In this document: piece after piece, positions 16,258 through 24,302 of the stretch
Layout: every line of letters begins with the position of its first letter
Numbering within the stretch: position 1 is the first letter of the stretch
From: Schaalia odontolytica
Lineage (GTDB): Bacteria > Actinomycetota > Actinomycetes > Actinomycetales > Actinomycetaceae
Direction of reading: 5' to 3'
Length of the DNA stretch: 32,000 nt
Assembly (NCBI RefSeq): GCF_005696695.1
Contig: NZ_CP040006.1
Span: 900,001 to 932,000 of the forward strand
Program-made: the position numbers and the translations under genes
The notes under the pieces: model-generated
Database searches by the model: none
Told to the model about the DNA's origin: nothing
Seen by the model: the letters and a program-made list of their open reading frames with translations, nothing else

Positions 16258-17274
16258 ATGTTGACTGCAACGATGCACGGACCGATTGTTTCTCTGGATG
16301 CGCTGGCTGGGGGTGGCATGCCCGAGGGGAGCAATACGAGCGCGACGAGGGCGCGGTCCTCGCTCCATGAATCCGTGCGCTGCGGGGCCGCGGGCAAGGT
16401 GGAGAAGGCACTCGAGCATGGCTTGGAGGCCTATCGAGACGAGGGTGCGCCCGTCGAGCTGCGTCTCGAGGCTGCCAAGCTCTGCATCGACTGGTACGCA
16501 GCTCTCGGATCCTACGGACAGTGTCGGAAGCTGGCCGGTGAAGCTGCGCGTCTGGGGGAGCGATACCTGGAGCGCTGCCATCCGCTGATCCTGATGATGC
16601 GTAATTCGGAGGCCTACTGGCTCGCCATTCTCGGTCAGCACGATATGGCGATCCGCAAGTTCTCGGCACTCGTGGCAGACATGAAGCATTGCCAAGGTCT
16701 CGACCCTGATATCTCTATCGCCATCCGCAATAACTCCGCGATGCCGTGGAAGTACACGGGCAAATGGAAGAAAGCGGCGCGCGTGTACCGCGAGCTCCTG
16801 TCGGAGTTGGAGGAACAGCGCGAGGAGTCCGACATGACGCTGCTGACTGTGCGGGACAATCTCGCCGAGGTGCTCTCAGCTGATCGCTGCTACGACGAGG
16901 CCATTGCCCTCTACGAGCGCAACATGGACGCTCTGCTGACCGTCGCGGACCACGGTGACTGGCGTGTTCTGCGGCTGCGCAACGAGATCGCGCGCAACAC
17001 CTGGATGGGCGGGGACCGGGACGCGGGCGAGGACCTCTGGACGGTTCTGGCCGAGGATTGCCGCAGGTACCTGGGGGATCGAGACCCAATGACCGCCCGC
17101 ATCCGCACGATCCTGCTGACCCTCGCGACGCTGCGCGGAGATGAGGAGCGGGCGATGTCGATCGCCCGCAAGCTCCGAGATGACCACCCCGATGACTGGG
17201 AAGAGTGCGACTTCAGCGAGGCCGCGGCTCTCCTCGCCGAGTCGGAGTGTGGAAAGAGCGGAGGAAGGGAATAG
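16258..17274 (+). CDS. hypothetical protein with TPR-like helical repeats
   Basis: 338-aa ORF with balanced, non-Arg/Pro-biased composition, unlike the shadow ORFs. It shows repeated ~34-40 aa helical units with W/Y/A/L spacing, for example AARVYRELLSELEEQRE..., DEAIALYERNMDALL..., and RVLRLRNEIARNTWMGGDRDAGEDLW. No catalytic motif recognised. The start is uncertain (ATG 16258 or 16318). Confidence 0.6.
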   Translation: MLTATMHGPIVSLDALAGGGMPEGSNTSATRARSSLHESVRCGAAGKVEKALEHGLEAYRDEGAPVELRLEAAKLCIDWYAALGSYGQCRKLAGEAARLGERYLERCHPLILMMRNSEAYWLAILGQHDMAIRKFSALVADMKHCQGLDPDISIAIRNNSAMPWKYTGKWKKAARVYRELLSELEEQREESDMTLLTVRDNLAEVLSADRCYDEAIALYERNMDALLTVADHGDWRVLRLRNEIARNTWMGGDRDAGEDLWTVLAEDCRRYLGDRDPMTARIRTILLTLATLRGDEERAMSIARKLRDDHPDDWEECDFSEAAALLAESECGKSGGRE

Positions 17275-17391
17275 GGAGGGGAACAAATGGTGTGAGGCGT
17301 GGCCACTGTGCGCGACTTCCCGCGCCTGAACTGGCACAAATGCCTACGACAATGGGACGATAAGGAGGTTAACGACTTCACGGAGGTTCAC

Positions 17392-19248
17392 GTGCCCATC
17401 CCCACGCCCGAGCAGCAGGCGCAGATTCGCCCTGCCCATACCCCGCAGGGGCAGATCCGTAACTTCTGCATCATCGCCCATATCGATCATGGGAAGTCGA
17501 CGCTCGCGGACCGCATGCTCCAGCTGACCGGCGTCGTCGAGGCGCGCGAGATGCGCGACCAGTACCTCGATCGTATGGATATCGAGCGTGAGCGCGGCAT
17601 CACGATCAAGAGTCAGGCGGTGCGCATGCCGTGGGCACACGAGGGCACCCCCTACGCGCTCAACATGATCGACACGCCCGGTCACGTGGACTTTACGTAC
17701 GAGGTCTCCCGTTCCCTGGCGGCGTGCGAGGGTGCGGTCCTCCTTATCGACGCTGCGCAGGGCATCGAGGCCCAGACGCTCGCGAACCTGTACCTGGCCC
17801 TCGAGAATGACCTCGCGATCATCCCGGTCCTCAACAAGATCGACCTGCCGGGCGCCCAGCCCGAGAAGTATGCGCACGAGGTCGCTCAGCTGATCGGCTG
17901 TGACGAGAGTGAGGTCCTGAAGGTCTCAGGCAAGACCGGCGAGGGCGTCGAGGACCTCCTCGACCGCATCGTCGAGGTCGTCCCCGCCCCCGAGGGAACC
18001 CCCGACGCCCCAACGCGCGCGATGATTTTCGACTCCGTGTACGACACGTACCGCGGCGTCGTCACCTACGTACGTGTCGTCGACGGTGTGCTCTCGACCC
18101 GTCAGCGCGTGCGCATGATGTCGACGGGCGCCACCCACGAGCTCCTCGAGCTTGGTGTTATCTCGCCCGAGCCGAAGCCTGAAGAGGGTATCGGTGCCGG
18201 CGAGGTCGGTTACCTGATCACGGGCGTGAAGGACGTGCGTCAGTCCCGTGTCGGCGACACCGTCACCAGTCAGGTGCGCGGAGCGACCGAGGCTCTTGAG
18301 GGCTACCGCGATCCGAACCCGATGGTCTTCTCCGGCATCTACCCGGTTGACGGATCGGACTTCCCGGACCTGCGCGACGCCCTCGAGCGCCTCCAGCTCA
18401 ACGACGCGGCGCTCACCTTCGAGCCCGAGTCCTCTGCGGCCCTCGGCTTCGGCTTCCGCTGCGGCTTCCTCGGACTGCTCCACCTGGAGATCATCCGTGA
18501 GCGTCTGGAGCGCGAGTTCAACCTCGACCTCATCGCGACCGCCCCGAACGTCGTCTACCGCGTTGTGACGGAGGACGGCGCCGAGGTGCGCGTTGATAAC
18601 CCGAGCGAGTTCCCCGAAGGAAAGATTTCCGAGGTGCGCGAGCCCGTCGTCAACGCGACGATCCTGACGCCCACCGAGTTCACGGGCACCATCATGGAGC
18701 TGTGCCAGGAGCGCCGCGGCTCGATGCAGGGCATGGACTACCTGAGCGAGGACCGCGTGGAGCTGCACTACCAGCTGCCCCTCGCCGAGATCGTCTTCGA
18801 CTTCTTCGATCAGCTCAAGTCTCGCACGCGGGGCTACGCCTCCCTGGACTACCAGGAGAGCGGCGAGCAGAGCGCCGACCTCGTCAAGGTCGACATCCTG
18901 CTCAACGGTGACCGCGTCGATGCATTCAGCGCGATCGTTCACCGCGACGGCGCCTACAACTACGGCCAGCGCATGACGAAGCGCCTGAAGGAACTCATTC
19001 CCCGTCAGCAGTTCGAGATTCCGGTCCAGGCCGCTGTCGGCGCGCGCGTCATCGCCCGCGAGACCATTAAGGCCCTGCGTAAGGACATGCTCGCCAAGTG
19101 CTACGGCGGCGACATCAGCCGTAAGCGCAAGCTGCTCGAGAAGCAGAAGGAAGGCAAGAAGCGCATGAAGTCCATCGGCCGTGTCGACGTGCCGCAGGAA
19201 GCCTTCATCGCGGCTCTGACCTCCGACGTTCCGACGGGCAAGAAGTGA
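17392..19248 (+). CDS. lepA: translation elongation factor 4
   Basis: [22 protein letters not shown] (G1), DTPGHVDF (G3), NKID (G4), and the C-terminal LepA-specific [14 protein letters not shown]. Track ORF opens at 17299. GTG 17392 sits 5 nt after GGAGG and gives a normal N-terminus. Confidence 0.95.
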   Translation: MPIPTPEQQAQIRPAHTPQGQIRNFCIIAHIDHGKSTLADRMLQLTGVVEAREMRDQYLDRMDIERERGITIKSQAVRMPWAHEGTPYALNMIDTPGHVDFTYEVSRSLAACEGAVLLIDAAQGIEAQTLANLYLALENDLAIIPVLNKIDLPGAQPEKYAHEVAQLIGCDESEVLKVSGKTGEGVEDLLDRIVEVVPAPEGTPDAPTRAMIFDSVYDTYRGVVTYVRVVDGVLSTRQRVRMMSTGATHELLELGVISPEPKPEEGIGAGEVGYLITGVKDVRQSRVGDTVTSQVRGATEALEGYRDPNPMVFSGIYPVDGSDFPDLRDALERLQLNDAALTFEPESSAALGFGFRCGFLGLLHLEIIRERLEREFNLDLIATAPNVVYRVVTEDGAEVRVDNPSEFPEGKISEVREPVVNATILTPTEFTGTIMELCQERRGSMQGMDYLSEDRVELHYQLPLAEIVFDFFDQLKSRTRGYASLDYQESGEQSADLVKVDILLNGDRVDAFSAIVHRDGAYNYGQRMTKRLKELIPRQQFEIPVQAAVGARVIARETIKALRKDMLAKCYGGDISRKRKLLEKQKEGKKRMKSIGRVDVPQEAFIAALTSDVPTGKK

Positions 19249-20087
19249 GCGGGGATCAGATGAACGAGGCCGTGGAGGGTCGCACTCCCGTCGGCCAGCG
19301 AGCGGATCGCCGTCCGGGCGAGGCCCCCGAGGGCACGGTCTTCATGAGCCGCACGAAGTCTTTCACGCGGCGTACGCGCGAGCTGCCCGCGAATCTCGTG
19401 CGCACGTGGGAGGCCCACGCGCATCGCTACGTGGTGGAGCCGCGTCGCGGTGTCGGCTACACGACGGTCGCGGAGGATTTCACGCTCGATTTGGCCGAGC
19501 TCTTTGGGCGCAGCGCACCCGTGACGCTCGAGATCGGCTCGGGAACGGGCGAACAGATCGTCGCCGCTGCTACCGCTCATCCTGAGCGCAACTTCCTGGC
19601 CCTCGAGGTCTGGGTTCCGGGTATCGCCAAGCTCGTCTCCAAGGCGGTCGAGGCTGGCGTGGACAACATTCGCGTCATCGAGGCCGACGCGGCCCAGGCG
19701 CTGCCGATCATGCTGGAGGACGCGTGCCTGGACGAGGTCTGGACGTTCTTCCCCGACCCGTGGCGTAAGGCTCGGCATCGCAAGCGTCGCCTCGTCTCCG
19801 ATTCCTTCGCGCGTGAGGTCGCGCGCCTGCTGCGTGACGGGGGAGTGTGGCGCCTGGCTACCGACTGGGACGACTACGCCTGGCAGATGCGCGACGTTAT
19901 CGAAGCCTGCGAACTCTTTGAGAACCCGCACGCGGGAGAGCATCCGGATCCGGAGGATCCGCAGCCGGAGCGCGGCGGATTCGCCCCGCGCTTTGAGGGG
20001 CGCGTTGTCACGCACTTTGAGACCCGAGGCATCGATGCGGGCCGCCATGCCCACGACATCGTCGGTATCCGCCGTCCCCGTGGCTGA
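19245..20087 (+). CDS. trmB: tRNA (guanine46-N7)-methyltransferase
   Basis: LEIGSGTGE (SAM motif I) and [22 protein letters not shown] (TrmB signature). GTG 19245 overlaps the lepA stop (GTGA). Alternative start is ATG 19260. Confidence 0.85.
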   Translation: MSGDQMNEAVEGRTPVGQRADRRPGEAPEGTVFMSRTKSFTRRTRELPANLVRTWEAHAHRYVVEPRRGVGYTTVAEDFTLDLAELFGRSAPVTLEIGSGTGEQIVAAATAHPERNFLALEVWVPGIAKLVSKAVEAGVDNIRVIEADAAQALPIMLEDACLDEVWTFFPDPWRKARHRKRRLVSDSFAREVARLLRDGGVWRLATDWDDYAWQMRDVIEACELFENPHAGEHPDPEDPQPERGGFAPRFEGRVVTHFETRGIDAGRHAHDIVGIRRPRG

Positions 20088-20135
20088 ATCCGCCATGAGG
20101 CCCGGCGCGACCTGTTCGCTGGCGGGAGGGTGCTC

Positions 20136-21446
20136 GTGAGCCCCGCGCAGCCAGACGGCCAGCGCTGGCCAGACGACGGCGCTCTGGACCCAGGCCTCGT
20201 TGAGGTGGAGGCCCAGCGTCCTCTCTCCCTGTATGTGCACGTGCCGTTTTGTCGCGTGCGCTGCGGGTATTGCGACTTCAACACGTACACGGTGGGCTTC
20301 GGCCCGGGCGCCCAGGTGGGAGACTATGCGCCGTCGGTCCTGGCCGAGGCCTCGCTGGCAGCCCGCGTCATGGCTGAGTCCGGGCTGCCCGCGCGCGAGG
20401 CTGAGACCGTTTTCTTTGGCGGAGGCACTCCGACGATGCTTGACACCGCCGAGCTCGCCGAGATCCTGACGGGCCTGCGTGAGCGCATCGGCATCGCGCC
20501 CGGTGCAGAGGTGACCCTTGAGGCTAATCCCGACACGGTGACGCGCGTGGGGCTGGTGCAGCTGGCCGACGCGGGTTTTACGCGTGTCTCTTTCGGCATG
20601 CAGTCTGCGGTCCCCGCGATCCTCAAGACTCTCGACCGCACCCATACTCCGGAGCGGGTGCCCCTCGTCGTCCAATGGGCGAAGGAAGCGGGCCTGTCGA
20701 CGTCCGTTGACCTCATCTACGGCACGCCAGGGGAGAGCCTCGCCGACTGGGAGGCGTCTCTGCGCGCCGCCCTCTCCTACGAGACCGACCACATCAGCGC
20801 CTACGCCCTCGTCGTCGAGGAGGGAACCAAGATGGGCGGGCAGGTCGCCAGGGGAGAACTCCCGACCCCCGATCCGGACGACGAGGCCGCCAAGTACGAG
20901 CTTGCCGATGCGCTCCTCAGCGAGGCCGGGTACGCCTGGTACGAGATCTCTAATTTTGCCCGCGCGACCGACGCGGACCTGGCCTCGGGGCGCCCGTCCA
21001 CGTTCTACGCGCACGCGTCGGCGCACAACCTTGCCTACTGGCGCGATTGGGACTGGTGGGGCCTGGGACCCGGCGCGCATTCCCACGTGGGGCGTATGCG
21101 CTGGTGGAACGTTAAGAACCCTGCCGCGTACGCTGCAAGGCTGCGCGATGGGCGTTCCCCTGCCTACGCGGGGGAGATCTTGGACGAGGACACGCGCGAG
21201 CTTGAACGCGTCATGCTGGGTGTGCGCACGTCCGAGGGGATCGAGCTGGCCGGCCTGCCGGGGACTCGGCAGGCGGACGAGGCCGGGGTAGCTCTGGGGG
21301 CTGGCGCGGTCTCGGGTGGGCGCGTTGCCGCGCTCATCGCGGACGGGCTGATCGATGCTGCCGCAGCCCTCAGGGGACGGGTGATTCTCACGCTGCGCGG
21401 CCGGCTGCTCGCCGACTATGTGACCCGCGAATTGATGGGGTATTGA
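20136..21446 (+). CDS. hemW: radical SAM heme chaperone HemW (HemN-like, oxygen-independent coproporphyrinogen oxidase family)
   Basis: LSLYVHVPFCRVRCGYCDFNTY (the CxxxCxxC radical SAM cluster), FFGGGTPT, and the HemN_C-like tail. Start is GTG 20130 or 20136, the latter 6 nt after GGGAGG. Confidence 0.85.
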   Translation: MSPAQPDGQRWPDDGALDPGLVEVEAQRPLSLYVHVPFCRVRCGYCDFNTYTVGFGPGAQVGDYAPSVLAEASLAARVMAESGLPAREAETVFFGGGTPTMLDTAELAEILTGLRERIGIAPGAEVTLEANPDTVTRVGLVQLADAGFTRVSFGMQSAVPAILKTLDRTHTPERVPLVVQWAKEAGLSTSVDLIYGTPGESLADWEASLRAALSYETDHISAYALVVEEGTKMGGQVARGELPTPDPDDEAAKYELADALLSEAGYAWYEISNFARATDADLASGRPSTFYAHASAHNLAYWRDWDWWGLGPGAHSHVGRMRWWNVKNPAAYAARLRDGRSPAYAGEILDEDTRELERVMLGVRTSEGIELAGLPGTRQADEAGVALGAGAVSGGRVAALIADGLIDAAAALRGRVILTLRGRLLADYVTRELMGY

Positions 21447-21537
21447 GTCCTTTTTCGTGGCACTACTCCGTAATCTGCATGCGGTGGTAAACGATCGTTT
21501 TCTCTGCTAGTTGCCACAGTTCGCCTTGTAGTTATCT

Positions 21538-21557
21538 AGATACAAGTAAAACTGTGG
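21538..21557 (+). repeat. direct repeat copy 1: AGATACAAGTAAAACTGTGG
   Basis: 18 of 20 positions are identical to 21722-21741. Its 3' end overlaps GTATCCACA on the minus strand (21553-21561), an 8/9 match to the DnaA box. Confidence 0.6.
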
Positions 21558-21721
21558 ATACTTTTATGAGGTATTCATAAGTGATTAGGTACTGTGAATG
21601 TGACAAGCTTGGATTACGTGGCAATACTGTTGACATCATGGTTGAAATGTGTTTGCCTAGGTATGTCATGTGAAGCCGTGCTGTCTGCTGGCCGTCTCCT
21701 TGAGAGGGCTTGTGGAGGGTC

Positions 21722-21741
21722 AGATACAAGGAAAAGTGTGG
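21722..21741 (+). repeat. direct repeat copy 2: AGATACAAGGAAAAGTGTGG
   Basis: Lies 184 nt downstream of copy 1 and ends 4 nt before the proposed GTG start (21746), covering the only purine-rich RBS-like stretch (AAGGAAAAG). Confidence 0.6.
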
Positions 21742-21745
21742 TATT

Positions 21746-22435
21746 GTGACTCTGCGATACGCTGTCATTGCTGACATCGTGGGCTCTCGTACGTTGACCA
21801 ATCGTGCAGACGCTCAGAGAATCTTTGAAGCAGCCTTGGAGCGGGCCAGTGAGGGGCTGGCTCTCCTGCAGGCTCCGTACCCGACGGTGGGCGACGAGTT
21901 CCAGGCGGTTGCCTACACGCTCGAGGATGCTCTCCTCCTGACGCTGCGCGCGCAGCTTCTCCTTCCTCCGCAGCTCCAGCTGCGCTTCGGCATTGGTGCC
22001 GGTCGGATTGAGGAGTTTGCGTCGGGCGTGCATCGCCAGGCGCCGGCCCGTGGTCTCGGCGCAGAGTCGGCGGCTCTTCAGGATGGATCTGCGTGGTGGG
22101 CGGCCCGCGCCGCGATCAATCGCGCGCACGATGTGCAGGATTCCTCCAATCCGTTCATTCGCACGTGGTTCATGGCGCATGCGTCCGTCGAATCCGAGTT
22201 CTCCTCGCGCTGCCAGACCTGCATCAACGCCATGCTGAGCCTGCGCGATCATTCGATTCTCAAGCTGTCGGCGCGTCATCGTCGCATCACGGCCTCGCTG
22301 CTGCTGGGTAAGACGCAGGTGGAGATCGCCCGTGTCGAGAAGCTGTCGCAGCAGGCCATCTCCGACTTCGCCCGGGGCACGGGGGCGGGGCTCATTCAGT
22401 CTTCACTCATCATTGCGGAGGCCGCTCGTGCATGA
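21746..22435 (+). CDS. SatD-family-like protein: N-terminal nucleotide-cyclase-like domain plus C-terminal helix-turn-helix
   Basis: Track ORF 21710..22435. GTG 21746 gives MTLRYAVIADIVGSRTLTNRADAQ..., the usual SatD-type N-terminus. A second motif is YPTVGDEFQAV. The C-terminal LLLGKTQVEIARVEKLSQQAISDFARG looks like a sigma-70 region 4 / LuxR-type HTH. Confidence 0.65.
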   Translation: MTLRYAVIADIVGSRTLTNRADAQRIFEAALERASEGLALLQAPYPTVGDEFQAVAYTLEDALLLTLRAQLLLPPQLQLRFGIGAGRIEEFASGVHRQAPARGLGAESAALQDGSAWWAARAAINRAHDVQDSSNPFIRTWFMAHASVESEFSSRCQTCINAMLSLRDHSILKLSARHRRITASLLLGKTQVEIARVEKLSQQAISDFARGTGAGLIQSSLIIAEAARA

Positions 22436-23246
22436 AGTTCTTCTCCTGGGCATCGCCGCCTCGGAGCTGACCGTACTTCTCACCTCTGACCCGCGCCGCT
22501 GGTCGCGACGCCTGTCGCTCTTCCTGACGCTGCTCCTCGCAGTGATCTGCTACTCCTGGTTCATCCTGGGAGTGAGTGCCGTCGCAAACGCGATCGGCGC
22601 GACTCTCGCGGTCGTGTGGTTTGCGTGGGACCTCGTGGATCCGTCGGCGCGCGGCGTTCTCGCTCGCTGGGCGTTGGCATCCGTCGGCTTCGTCGCACTG
22701 CTAAGCCTGGATCCGTTGAACTTCCCCCTGCTGTCGCTGCGCTCAGGGCGCCCTATCGACCTGATCATCGCGGTTCTCTTCCTCGTGACGGGTCCTGTGA
22801 ATCACCTGATTACAGCGATTCTGCAGTGCGCGCGCGGCCGCGCCTCCGATCCTGTGCCCGGGTGGATCAACGCTCCCGTTCTTCCGGCGATACCGGTGGT
22901 GGACGCGGAAGGGAGCGAAGGTGGCGAGGAGGAGGCTGCGGAGCCCGAGCTCATCTCCGGCGCGCTGCCCGTCTTGGGCGGGCAGGCGGAGGAAGAGAAA
23001 GTGACGGCTCTGCGTGGCGGGCGCTGGATCGGTCCGCTTGAGCGCCTGCTCATCATCGTTTTGGCCGGTGCCGGCGCAGAGATCGCGATCGCGGCAGTCG
23101 TTGCCGCCAAGGGAGTCATTCGATTCCCCGAGATCTCGCAGGATTCAACGGGCGAGAAGGCCGAAGAGTTCCTGATCGGCTCGGTATCCTCGTGGATCTT
23201 GGCCGCTCTCGTGTCGATGCTCATTCGTGTCGTAAGCCAGCACTGA
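22428..23246 (+). CDS. DUF3307-like (SatE-like) polytopic membrane protein with acidic loop
   Basis: Track ORF 22332..23246. GTG 22428 overlaps the upstream stop by 8 nt. About 7 hydrophobic segments. Acidic loop VVDAEGSEGGEEEAAEPE...QAEEEK. The motif RGGRWIGPLERLLIIVLAGAG...AAKGVIRFPEI is as I remember for DUF3307. Family assignment is from memory only. Confidence 0.55.
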   Translation: MHEVLLLGIAASELTVLLTSDPRRWSRRLSLFLTLLLAVICYSWFILGVSAVANAIGATLAVVWFAWDLVDPSARGVLARWALASVGFVALLSLDPLNFPLLSLRSGRPIDLIIAVLFLVTGPVNHLITAILQCARGRASDPVPGWINAPVLPAIPVVDAEGSEGGEEEAAEPELISGALPVLGGQAEEEKVTALRGGRWIGPLERLLIIVLAGAGAEIAIAAVVAAKGVIRFPEISQDSTGEKAEEFLIGSVSSWILAALVSMLIRVVSQH

Positions 23247-23258
23247 TTCCCGTGCCGC

Positions 23259-23264
23259 TAGAGT
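23259..23264 (+). promoter_or_regulatory. candidate -10 hexamer TAGAGT placed 7 nt before the DUF3097-like GTG (leaderless arrangement)
   Basis: TAGAGT-ATGCCGG-GTG, with no Shine-Dalgarno. It lies 13 nt after the upstream stop. Confidence 0.3.
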
Positions 23265-23271
23265 ATGCCGG

Positions 23272-24174
23272 GTGAATAGCTCAGACCCCTACGGCCGCAA
23301 CATTTTCGCCCACGACCCGCATCGCGACGGGCCGGGAGCGCGGCGTCCGCGTTCGCAGGCCGTCCATGTCGAGATCGGTATGGTCCTCGAGGATGTGGCC
23401 TCGGGCTGGGTTGGGGCAGTGACGCGCGTGGAGAAGTCTGGCGGTATTCACCTCGTCGAACTCGAAGATCGTCGAGGAGTGCGTCGCTCCTTCCCCCTCG
23501 GACCCGGCTTCTGGCTCGAGGGTCGCCCCATCGAGGCGCTGCCTCCGCGCCCGGCTCCCACCCAGGCCTCGCCGGGTGCTCAGGTGAGCGCGTCGGGGCG
23601 GCGCATCACGAACTCCGGATCTTTCGCTCCCGCGTCGAGTGGTCCCAAGGTCGCTAAGCGCTCGCGCATCTGGGTCGAGGGGCGCCATGACGCGGAGCTC
23701 GTGCAGCACGTGTGGGGCGAGGACCTGGCCGAGGCCGGGATTGCCGTGCAGCTTCTCGAAGGCGTTGACAACCTTGAGGCGATCTTGGAGGTTTTTGGCC
23801 CGACAGACACCGCGCGTGCGGGTGTTCTTGTCGACCATATGGTTCCCAGTTCGAAGGAGTCTCGCATCGCCGAGGCAGTGTCGGCGCGTTGGTCGGGCGC
23901 GGTCCTCGTCCTCGGTCACCCGTTCGTTGACATCTGGCAGGCCGTCAAGCCCGCTCGTGTCGGCCTCGAGCGCTGGCCAGACGTTCCGCGTGGCACCGAT
24001 ATCAAGCATGGAACCCTCGAGGCCCTCGGCTGGCCGCACGCCGACCAGCGTGACATCGCCATGGGGTGGAAGCGGATCCTGTCCACCGTGCGCACCTACC
24101 GAGACCTTGAGCCGGCGCTGCTGGGGCGGGTCGAGGAGCTCATCGACTTCGTGACCGTGCCCTGGGCGCAATGA
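23272..24174 (+). CDS. conserved actinobacterial protein of unknown function (DUF3097-like)
   Basis: 300-aa ORF with normal composition. An N-terminal small beta-like domain (GWVGAVTRVEKSGGIHLVELEDRRG) is followed by a Pro/Ser linker. The C-terminal half has RIWVEGRHDAELVQHVWG...GVLVDHM...VLGHPFVDIWQAVKP. A gene of this type commonly precedes hrcA in Actinobacteria. The family name is from memory. Confidence 0.6.
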   Translation: MNSSDPYGRNIFAHDPHRDGPGARRPRSQAVHVEIGMVLEDVASGWVGAVTRVEKSGGIHLVELEDRRGVRRSFPLGPGFWLEGRPIEALPPRPAPTQASPGAQVSASGRRITNSGSFAPASSGPKVAKRSRIWVEGRHDAELVQHVWGEDLAEAGIAVQLLEGVDNLEAILEVFGPTDTARAGVLVDHMVPSSKESRIAEAVSARWSGAVLVLGHPFVDIWQAVKPARVGLERWPDVPRGTDIKHGTLEALGWPHADQRDIAMGWKRILSTVRTYRDLEPALLGRVEELIDFVTVPWAQ

Positions 24175-24259
24175 CTCGCGTCGCCCAGTGTGAGGTTCGC
24201 GCTGGGCGCACACCTGGCGCGGCCCTCATGTCGCCCCCGATTGGCTGCGAGGAGTAGCA

Positions 24260-24286
24260 TTGGCACTCAGGAAGTAGGAGTGCCAG
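24260..24286 (+). promoter_or_regulatory. CIRCE operator (HrcA binding site)
   Basis: TTGGCACTC-AGGAAGTAG-GAGTGCCAG, compared with the consensus TTAGCACTC-N9-GAGTGCTAA. It has a perfect 8-bp inverted core with a 9-nt spacer. A TAGCAT -10-like hexamer (24255-24260) abuts the left arm. Located 17 nt upstream of the hrcA ATG. Confidence 0.8.
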
Positions 24287-24302
24287 AACGGGAGGAGATG
24301 GC

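Larger units (their letters stand above)
21447..21745 (+). other. AT-rich non-coding island / long leader upstream of the SatD-like gene
   Basis: I counted 72 G+C in the 180 nt 21481-21660 (40 percent), against clearly GC-rich flanks. It contains the palindrome TATCTAGATA (21533-21542), a TTGCCA-16nt-TATCTA promoter-like pair (21511-21538), and the first copy of a 20-nt direct repeat. Confidence 0.6.

Noticed and set aside
15454-16695. The full 413-aa minus-strand ORF, which would extend the PemK-like gene 200 codons upstream across the intergenic region and into the TPR-like gene.
   Set aside because: The upstream 200 aa are Arg/His/Pro-rich nonsense and overlap a better + strand ORF. A sensible start (ATG 16092, MNSIVRG...) with a -10-like hexamer exists.
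21274-21292. A 19-nt exact repeat, CGGACGAGGCCGGGGTAGC, shared between hemW (21274-21292) and rsmE (27036-27054). It contains the ACGAGGCCGGGG terminator arm.
   Set aside because: In both genes it is in frame and encodes the same hexapeptide D-E-A-G-V-A using the preferred GC-rich codons. There is no similarity in the flanks and no partner arm to form a hairpin. My rough expectation for such a match in this composition is low but not negligible. I treat it as coincidence of codon bias.
7573-21561. Possibility that the TTATCCACA boxes mark a replication origin (oriC).
   Set aside because: There are only three perfect boxes spread over 9 kb plus one near-match. There is no dnaA, dnaN, rpmH or parAB context. 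No AT-rich unwinding element is adjacent to the paired boxes at 16.1 kb. Transcriptional or other regulatory use is more plausible.
21532-22279. Minus-strand ORFs 21532..21801 (89 aa) and 21614..22279 (221 aa), which cover the AT-rich island and the SatD-like gene.
   Set aside because: There is no motif and no RBS. They overlap the SatD-like ORF, which has family-typical motifs. The 89-aa ORF is open mainly because of local composition. Not fully excluded as a small protein, but unsupported.
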